Positions 53,811 through 64,000 of a DNA stretch of 64,000 bases are shown here, piece after piece. The DNA is from Proteromonas lacertae (taxonomy: Eukaryota): NCBI GenBank assembly GCA_002245135.1, contig NGBS01000871.1:62001-126000 (forward strand), given 5' to 3'. Made by a program: the position numbers and the translations under genes. Below the pieces are notes generated by a model that was not told where the DNA came from, ran no database searches, and worked only from the letters and a program-made list of their open reading frames with translations. Every line of letters starts with the position of its first letter. Position 1 is the first letter of the stretch.

Positions 53811-56194
53811 ATGTCTGATAATCCAGTAGAAAACGATGCAAAAGGCATCATTATTGAGATTAAAGAGGATATAAATCAAAATGTGACTAATACCTCAAAC
53901 AATCAAGATGATTTAGTATGAAAAACTAGTTATTTAAACTATAGAAAGCTAAGAATAGTCAATCAGCTACTACATCATATGTGACGTATAATAATTATTT
54001 ATAACTCTTATAGAAGTAGTAGTAGTAATTCAGTTGCATATAGTATTCTATTTAATTTGTAATAATTAGCCCCAAGGAAACAAATAGTAAATGATCATGT
54101 ATAAATTATATTTACTCATTAGGGAATGGCGATTACCTCAAGCAATATGATATTTAGTAATTTAACAATACCATCACTTTCTCCAGATGATCCTTTAAAC
54201 ACTCCAGTTATCGATATATGCAATAGATATCTTTTGTTACTTCCAGATACTACTAAAATTGAAGATGTATTAATAAAACTTCAAAAATCAAAGTATATTA
54301 TTATTATTATTATTAAAATGAATTATCTCTATACAGATCACAATCGTTTGTTGTAACAAATGAATATAATGAATATGTTAGATTTTATACTCAAAAGGAA
54401 ATATATTATAAAGTTGTAATTTTCGGGAAAATGAATGAAGTATTTACTGTATAGCTATATTGTTGTTGATAATATTTATATTAGTTGAAAGATTTAATGG
54501 AAATGGATGAAAAAAGCAATAATGAAACTCAATGTGTATCTAATACAAACACATTAATAGAATGTTTATCAATAATGAGACAAAATGTATATATTATTAT
54601 TATGATTGTTATAATTATTAAAATATAGAATGTTGAATCAATTGCTGTATCTGAAGGTGTTACTGGAATAACAGGAATAATAACATTAGATGATATAACA
54701 GATTTCTTAAGTCAAGAAATAAAGTTGAGAAGAAATCCACCAAGAAAATTAACACCATTTGAAAAGAAAATAGACAATGTGTTTGCATCAATATGTATGT
54801 AAGATAATATATGATTTTTTAAATAGTTTTTCAAGTTGGATATATAGCTTTAATGTTGGTTAGCGTTGCTGTATTTGCTTTATCATTTACTCATATTGTT
54901 GAATGGTTAATGTATAATTATAATAATATCCATATTTATGTGAATGTAGGTATATCTCTCCAGTTCTAATATTATTTATGTTTATTATTTCGCTTTTAAG
55001 AATAAAATTAAAAGGAATAGGATATTTGGATAAAAGAGATATATTAGAAGCATTTTTCTTATTTGTAGCTGTTATATTTTCAGTCTTATATCTTCTTCCA
55101 ATAGATAGTAAAGCAGCAAATAGGGTTTTTTATTTCTCATGTGCATCTGCATTGTTTTTTCATATATTCTTTGTAATTCCGTGTAGAGTAAGAGAAAATA
55201 AAAGAAAAATGAAAAGTTCAACAAAAAGAGCTGTTTCTACCAATAAAGCAAGATATAAAAAAGATGGATTTGATTTGGATTTGACTTATATAACACCAAG
55301 ATGTATTGCAATGTCATTACCAGCTGAAAATATAGAAATGTTGTATAGAAATCCAATAGGTGAAGTTGTAAGATTCTTTGATACAAAACATCCTGGTTTT
55401 TATAGAATATATAATTTATGTAAAGAAAGGAATTACAATGCAAAATATTTTCATGGAAATGTAGTTAGATTCCCAATTCCAGATCATAATGTTCCAACTT
55501 TGAGAATAATGTATGAATTCTCAAAAGATGTTAGAAAATTTCTATCATCAAATCCACAGAATGTAATAGCAGTTCATTGTAAAGGTGGAAAAGGCAGAAC
55601 TGGCTGTATGATCTGTGCTTATTTAGTTAACAGTGGTGTATGTAATAATACAGATGAAGCTTTAGATCGATTTGCCTCAAAAAGAACATATGGTGAAACA
55701 AAGAATCAAGGAGTTACATGTCCAAGTCAAAAGAGATTTGTTCATTATTTTGAACAATTTTTAGAAGATTTATTTATATATTACAATAATCCAATTGATA
55801 TAGTTACTATAAAAGATGAAGAAATGGAAGAATTATTTAATAAAAGATATAACAAAGAAATAACAATAGAAAGAATAACAATTAATAATGTATAATATAA
55901 TCTATTTTATATATTGATTAGCTGCCTAAAATGAAAGATATAAGATTTAGAATCGTAGATTATAATGGTAAACAATTGTATATAAGTAGTATAATGAATA
56001 TTAAAGCATTAAATAAAAGCCAAATTACAATAGAACCAAATTTGAAAGTAAGAAATGAGTTTCGATTTGAATGTAAAGGTAAATTCTATATGTGGCAACA
56101 TAGTTACTTTGTATGTGAAAGGAAAATATATAACAAACAAGAAATTGATGGGATTTGTAATAATCATAAACTATCCCAGACAACTTTTGTATAG
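53811..56194 (+). CDS. CBS-VSD-PTEN-C2 protein (copy 8; last residues frameshifted relative to copy 3)
   Basis: CBS exons at about 54190-54710, TM region, VSTNKARYKKDGFDLDLTY, HCKGGKGR and a C2 exon. Confidence 0.85.
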
Positions 56195-56308
56195 ATTTTA
56201 TGTATAAAAGCGAAAATAAAAGTGTATAATAAAAAATATGATTTATTAATTATTTATAATTTATATCCAAGTTAAAAATATTGAGATTTGAGATTAGAAA
56301 AAAATCAT

Positions 56309-57617
56309 TTACATATCCCTTCCTGCTACTACTGAAACTGGCCAATTTGAACTTGTTCTACCATGAGGTGGAATTAATTTCTCAAATGCAGAAGGTTTTA
56401 CTCTCATTTCTATAAATAAAAAAAATAACATAATATAATATATATCTATATATACCAACTGGATTAAAATTGAAAAGTGGAGGAACTGGTGTTCCATTAG
56501 GAAGCATCAATCCTGGGGATCTTAATTCGTCGAAATATGGGTGACACAAAGCATCAATTGCTGTAATTCTTTGATTTGGTACATATATAAACATTTTACT
56601 TAACAAATCCAATGCATCATCAGGAATTGTTCTTTTAAATACTTTTAACCAAGGTTGGCTTGAGAGGTTTGGGAATCTATTTTCTTCATAACTAGGATTC
56701 ATAGCATAAATTTCTTCTTTTGTAGGAGTTCCTAATATTTTTATTATTTCTACTAATTGATCTACACTACTATCACCTGGGAATATTGGTCTTCCTAACA
56801 TCATTTCAGCAAATACACAACCGATAGACCAAATATCTATTGCAACTGTATATTGTGTTGCACCAAATATTAATTCTGGTGCTCGATAATATCTGGAGCA
56901 AATATAAGCCACATTTGGCTCGCCAGGTGTTAACATCTTGGCGCTACCAAAGTCACATAGCATTATCACATGTGTTTCTGGATTTACTAGTATATTCTGA
57001 GGTTTAATATCACGGTGACACACCCCTAACGCATGAATATATAATAATGACCTTAACATTTGATAGATATATAGTTTTACTACAATATTAGGTAAAAATT
57101 GATGAGCTTTACTATATGTACGTAATACATGGCTCAAACTGTCAGGAATATAATCCATTACTATATTTAAATATAAATCATTTTTATCTTCCCTTGTATA
57201 GAAACATGCCTTTAATTCTACTACATTTGGATGCTTTTTTAATAATCTCATTATTTTAAGCTCTCGATTTTTATATCTTGGATCTTGCAATACTTTCTTT
57301 ACTGCTACTATTTCTCCACTATCTCTCAGTCTGCCTTGAAACACTACACCAAAAGAGCCTTGTCCTATTATTTTTATTGCTGTTACTTCAATTTTTCTCT
57401 AATTCTAATAAAAACAGTTCATTATACTCTATCACCAGAACTTGAATCGCCCCTTGCTTCTCCATGCTATTATATTATACTAAATTAAATACATCAATTG
57501 AAATATTGTTTATTTCGTTTGTAACTGAAGTCACTCGATCTTCTTGTGAAAATGTTGAAACATTATGTCTTGGATCCCTGCTATCAATAAAGTATTATCG
57601 ATTTTAACATACTTCAT
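56309..57617 (-). CDS. GSK3: Glycogen synthase kinase-3 (shaggy-like), spliced
   Basis: Motifs [41 protein letters not shown] and [20 protein letters not shown]. Confidence 0.95.
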
Positions 57618-57930
57618 ATTTTTCTGATTTACTAATTTATTAATAACCTTCAAAATATATAAAACTGCTCAAAACGGCAAGCCTTAATCAAACCATAAAT
57701 TTTGGATAAAAGATATAACATAATTTACTATGGTACTTATTCTACTTAGGGTTGTTTATTAGTATATATCAATTATAGAAGTTATATTTTATTTTTATAT
57801 TGATTGTGTTTATCATCACTCACGAATATCATTTTTATGATAAAAGATGTAAATATTATCCTGACGTTTAACATATATAAAAAAAAAAAACAATCACGAT
57901 GATTTATTTATATATTTAAATTCTTTATAA

Positions 57931-60900
57931 TTAAGCTGGTAATAACATTTGTTTAGTTGCTAATTGTCGATATAATCCACCTTCAATTTCCATTAATTGT
58001 TCATGCTTTCCTGCTTCAACTACTCTTCCATGATCCATTACAAATATCATATCAGCATTTTGAATTGTACTTAATCTATGAGCAACTATTATACTTGTTC
58101 TGTCACTACTTTCTAATAATTTATCAATTGCTTCTTGAACAACAGCTTCACTTTCGGTATCTAAAGCACTAGTTGCTTCATCTAATAATAATATCTTTGG
58201 ATTTCTTAAAATAGCTCTGGCAATGGCAATTCTTTGCTTTTGTCCTCCACTTAATGATCCACCTTTGTTTCCTACTTCAGTATTATAACCATCAGGGAAT
58301 TGCATAATGAAATTATGAGCATTTGCTGCTTTTGCTGCTGCTACTACATCTTCATGAGTTATTTTATCATTTCCATAATCTCCCATCTTTATATTATCTT
58401 CAATTGTTCCACTGAATAAAACTGGTTCTTGACCAACTAAACCAAATTGTTTTCTCAAATATTTTATATTGATTGATGTAATTTCATGACCATCCAATAA
58501 CACTTCACCAGCATCAGCATTATAGAATCTTTGTAATAAACCAATTATTGTTGATTTACCACAACCACTTGAACCAACTAAAGCTACTTTCTGACCTCTT
58601 TGAATCTTCAAATTCAATTTTCTTAAGATTGGAACATCTAATCTGGTTGGATATCTGAATTTCACATCTCTGAATTCTACTTCACCTAAGATTTCGGGTG
58701 TTTCACCATCAGGACGAGTATAATCAATTGGTGGAACTCTATCCAATATTCCAAATATACTTTGAGTTGCTTCTTTTACTTTAATATCATCAGTCGACCA
58801 ACCAGCTGTTTCACCAACACTTTGAGCTGCTATCATTACAGACATTAACACTTTCATTAAATCAGAACTATCACATTTACCTTCAATTGCCCATATTCCA
58901 CCTACTCTCATTACTAATGCAGCTGCTCCTGTTCCAATTATTGCATCATAACATTTTAATAAAGCAGTACACCAAGCATCTTTCTTACCCATTTCATATG
59001 GTTTTAATTGCTTCTTTCCAAACATTGTAGAGAATTTCTCTTGTAATCCAAATGACTGAAGTGTTCTAATTCCATTTACTGCTTCAGAAGCTAAAGCTCC
59101 TGCTTCTTCCATTGGTTTTCTCATTTCTTTAATTAATGTTGCCATTGCTTTCTCTTGTAAATATGTTCCTATCACTAAGAATGGGAATACAACTAATACA
59201 ATTAATGTCAATAACCAATAAGAAGCAAATGATATTATTACAGCAACAATGCAAGTAAACACAGTTTGAACTCTGCTTGCTATTTTTTCACCCAATGCAT
59301 TTTTCACATTTTGAGCATCTTGAGATAATTTGGATGTCATTGCTCCTGTATTGTTATTCTCATCATCAAAGAAACCAATGTCTTGCTTTAGACATTGCTG
59401 TAAAACACATTTGTCTAATTCGACAACTTAAGCTTTCGCCAGTTGCACCAAATGTTAAAGATCTGTAATAAGATAGAATGAATAAAACAACTGCAAATAC
59501 AATAAACACACAAGCCCACATTATACTTCCATTTCTCATATCAACTGTTCTTCTTTCATAATAGACATTTAACATTTCTGAGAATAATATACCAAATACT
59601 GGCATTACAGCACCAGAAATTCCACCACAAAGAGTACCAATTACCATCCACAATGTTTCTGGTTTAGCTAAAGCCCATAATCTGGATGGAGGTACTTCTG
59701 GTTTTTCTACTTCTGCTCCAGTTTTTGGATCTATTATATGTGATGTTAATCTACTACTTCTTACTGAAGAATTTCTAGCTATATAAACTTCATTTTCTTT
59801 TTCATCATCATCATCTTCTTCTTCTTTTCCTTCTTCATCATCTTTCTTCTTTTTTAACATTTGACGTTTTCTTAAGTCTGCATATATTCCATTTAGAGCT
59901 ATTAATTCTGAATGAGTTCCATGTTCAGCAATTTTACCTCCACTAAACACTACAATTTCATCAGCAGTTTCAATTGTTGATAATCTATGAGCAATTATCA
60001 GAGTCGTTCTAGCTCTTTGTTTTACTAATTCATCTAAAGCAGCTTGAACTATCTTTTCACTTTCACTATCTAAAGCACTTGTTGCTTCATCTAATAATAA
60101 GATTCCGGGATTTCTAACTAAAGCTCTAGCAATTGCTATTCTTTGTTTTTGACCACCACTCAATGAATGACCACCTTCACCAACATATGTATCATAACCT
60201 TTTGGAAATTCCATTATGAAATTATGAGCATTTGAATCTTTGGCTGCTTTTATTATATCTTCATCAGTGCAATCTAATCTTCCATTTCGAATATTGTCTT
60301 TTACAGTTCCATTAAATAAAACTGGTTCTTGACCAACAAAACCCATTTGAGCCCTGAAACTAGCTAAATTCAGATCACGAATATTCATTCCATCAACAAA
60401 TACTTCACCTTCTTCTGGATCATAGAATCTTTGTAACATTTGAATTGTTGTTGATTTACCACATCCACTTGCACCAACTAAACCAACTGTTTTACCAGCT
60501 TCTATTATTAAATTCATTCCATTTAAGATGATTTGATCTGGTCTACTTGGATATCTGAATTTGATATTTCTAAATTCGATTTTACCTTCTACATGTTCTA
60601 CTTTCTTGCCTTTATCATCCATTCCATCAATTGGAGGAATTCTATCAATTGTTTCATACACTGCTGCACCAGAACCACAAGCTTGTCCAATTGAAACAAC
60701 AGATGGTCCTAACATAGTTAAACCCATTGTTCCCATTAATACAGACATAAATACTGTTATTACATCAGCACCAGTAAAACAGCCATGTTCACCCATCATA
60801 CATTCACTAGCATATTGACAAGGCTTAAATCCATTACTACCACAGGTTGCATTAACAAAACTAAACTCAATATCACCTACTTTTTGAGGATCACAAAAAT

Positions 60901-62239
60901 CCATCATTGCTTTATTCTTTATTTCTTTAAATAGTTCAATATCATGATGATCTTTACATTGTTCCATTATATAATCTCTAACATCATCTTGATCATCACC
61001 AACTAATTTGCCACCATACCATAAGCCTAATGAGTAAGTTAAATACATTACCATCATAAAGGTACCTATCACAAACCCAGCTAGCTTACATATATAAATA
61101 CCAGCAGTTCTTGCTTTTTCTACTGTTACTTTGAATCTTTGAATGAAATAATTTTCAATACCAAATGAAGCAACTGTTCTGATTGAACCAATTGCTTCTT
61201 CAGCTACACCACCTGATTCAGCAAAATTATCTTGTTCCAATAATATCCATTTCTGTAATACTAATCCGAAGTAACTACCAATAAGACTTAATGGAATTCC
61301 TAAAGCTAAAATGACTAAAGTCATTGACCAATCTTTTGTAAAACCAATTATATATCCAGCAATGAATTGTGATATTGATTGTAGTGTCATTCCTATATCT
61401 TTACCCATTCCTGCATTCATTATGATTGTATCATCAACAATACGAGTAGATAATGTCTTTGGATCATGACTATCAAACCAAGTAACATCTTGACGAATTA
61501 TACCTCTGAAATACAAATATCTTATTCTAGCAATCTGTCTTTCAGCTGATAATTTCCATGCCCACATATAGATAAAACTTGCAACACCCATTCCACAAGC
61601 AATTGCAAACATATATAGACTATTTCGTATTATATCATCCTTAGCTTTTTCTATAATCTGTTCAACTTCAGCTGGATCTATTACACCTGTATTTGTTTCA
61701 CCTTGGTAACTGGATTCACCCATCATATCACCAAATATTAGCATTGAACATGGAGTTCCTGCACCAGCTGCTAGTGAGAATATTATACCAATCACTTGAA
61801 GAATTCTGTCAACTTTATCTGAATACTTCAGTAGTTGTCTGAAAGATAGACTCTTTTTCTTTGGTTCTTTGCTTTTATCAGACTTTGAATCTTTCTTGGC
61901 ATTATTTTCATTATCTGTTGGTAATTTCACTTCTTCACCAGACTTTTCCACATTTATCGTTTCATTCTCTTTCTTTGCATTAGCTGGGTTGGAATTTTCC
62001 TCTTCAACAGTTAAATCTTTTGTTTCATTTCGTTGATTCTGTTCTGAACTGGTTGGTTCATATTCTACATTAGTAGTACTACCACTTTGCGCCTCTTCAG
62101 TATTTTTATTTGCCTCTTGTTGAGGATTTAAATTCATATTCTCAACATCTGAGTTGTTAACTGGCTTTGTGGTGTCTAATGCATTCCCTTCGCTATTAGA
62201 CAACGGTAATTCAACACTGCTATTATTTTCAATTGACAT
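57931..62239 (-). CDS. Full-length ABCB (MDR/P-glycoprotein) transporter with a 1-nt frameshift near 59392
   Basis: TMD-NBD-TMD-NBD layout with GASGCGKST/GSSGCGKST, two LSGGQKQRIAIAR and LLLDEATSALD. Removing one base restores AMLKQDIGFFDDENNNTGAMTSKL. Confidence 0.93.
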
Positions 62240-62970
62240 TTAAATAATAGTGGTTGATGATTCAATTGTGTTTAGTTAACAATTTTTCGGTCAAAATTAA
62301 CATTCCCCTAAATTACATTTTACTCACTCCATTTTTTCTTCTCTTTTAGATGTTGTATTCTGTTTATTATGTTGACATTGAGTTCAGTATACATTACTAA
62401 TGCGCTTTATGCTGTTAATACGGTTATAAACATATACATACATTGAAATAATTAATAGGACAAGAAATTATATCATAATTCTATTTTCCAATCTTTTTAG
62501 TATGATTTTATATATAATATTGTATTATTTCAGAAAATATTATAATTCACTAAATTTCTTAAATAAAACCAAAAACTACAAAATTGTATATATGATTAAA
62601 GTTAAATAATTGAAAATTATTTATTAGTGAATGCAATTAATTTAGTACAGTAAAAAATAAGAATTAATGTCAAAATGTTTTATTTATTACAGTGGTTATT
62701 ACAGTTAATCATATCATTAGCAATGAATTTTGAATGTTAATAGTTAGAAAAAAAGAAGAATGACAAAATTAGAAAATGTAAATTATGTAATTTTGGGGAT
62801 TGTAAACTTACACGGAAAAAAGGTTATATTCAAAATAAATAAAAAATTTAACCGCCTTTTCCCTATTTAGCGCCATAGATATCATAATATTACTCTTCAA
62901 AAAATGATGTGAATAATTATTGTTTTACATAAACAAGGAAATATTTAATGAAAAAAATAATTATTTTCTT

Positions 62971-64000
62971 TTAACCTCTCATTATATGACCTCCCATCAC
63001 TCCAGCTGGTCCTGAGCTTTGCATTATTGTTGTCATATATTCTGAATATGTATAAGCACCTCCTGGGAAATTAGCTTTATCTTCAACCAATCTATATCTG
63101 AATACCACATCCATACTACTATTTTCATATACAATAAATACTTTCTCATAAACAGATCGATTTTCTCTAATAGCATTCACTATATTATTAACTTTCATAC
63201 TAAATTCATCACTTTCATCACTACTTGGAAGTAAAAATAATTTTGAACAATCTATATTTTCCAGACTATCAATACCAACTAAACTTTTGATCATTTCACT
63301 ATTTGCATTCTTACCTATCCATATAAATATATTTAATACATCATCCAGCATGTAAATGCATTCACTATTCAATATTGTTGATGATAAATTGATTAATGAG
63401 GGGATTAGAATATTATTACTTGATTCAATTGAACTACCTAATGGTATTTCCATCTTTATTTCACCATCTTCACCAATGGGAACTTCTTCGCCAAAATTTG
63501 TACCAATTATATCATCAATTCTACGAAGATGAGGGTAATAGAATATCTTTGACTCTTCTATAGGTAAATTCCAACATTTATTGAGATAATAACTTCTTTC
63601 ATCAGGTTTTATATCATTCGAACCTCTGAATGTAATTGATTTTTGTGTAGACATCTATTATTTAATATAATATAATATATATACAATATATAATGGTAAT
63701 AATGATAATGCTTGATTCAATTGTAAATTATTACCTAACGCATTATTATTATTACCATTAGCAGTAATAGTTGCAGTATTGTTTGTAGAAAATGCACCAA
63801 CACTTGCACGATAACTCTTTATAATCTCAATACATATTTGTTGTAATTTAAATCTTGCTGTATCTAAACCTAATGTCAATACATTATTAATAGCTCTCTT
63901 TGATAAGACATTCATTAAACAATCAATATTAATAGAGTCAAAAGCTTCACTAATTACAGTAGTCATTTCTATAGATATGGTATGGCATCTAATTCTTCTA
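62971..64000 (-). CDS. SEC24: COPII coat protein Sec24, C-terminal helical and gelsolin-like region (5' part outside the window)
   Basis: Motifs LSLLPLY, PDERSY, YYPHL, LSSTILNSECIYMLDDVLNIFIWIG and LVEDK...YSEYM. Confidence 0.85.

Noticed and set aside
56309..57617. GSK3, the 7TM-RGS gene and the VSP array as a co-regulated signalling cluster
   Set aside because: Adjacency in a gene-dense eukaryotic genome is weak evidence, and no shared regulatory motif was seen.

Overview
Very AT-rich, gene-dense eukaryotic DNA with many short introns, mostly about 28-45 nt and GT-AG. This style, plus a mastigoneme-like gene and TGTTTGTT-like motifs downstream of stops, suggests a Blastocystis-like stramenopile gut protist (inference). 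About 26 genes can be traced. The main feature is an array of eight paralogous voltage-sensing-phosphatase (VSP/TPTE-like) genes between 21.7 and 56.2 kb. Each has an unusual N-terminal CBS pair, giving the order CBS-CBS / voltage-sensor / PTEN-like phosphatase (HCKGGKGR) / C2. Their S4 gating charges have decayed to different degrees, and they have exchanged sequence in gene-conversion-like patches. Six copies share a U12-type AT-AC or AT-AA intron just before the CBS pair. Other items: a 547-bp TIR element (TGT..ACA, 5-bp TSD), an eIF4A-III fragment inside an LRR pseudogene, a nucleotidyltransferase-ankyrin gene, a 7TM-RGS gene and housekeeping genes (GH47, HSBP1, CAMKMT, PMR1/SPCA, PSTK, GSK3, ABCB, SEC24). 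Exon structures and start codons were read by eye and are approximate. No database searches were run.
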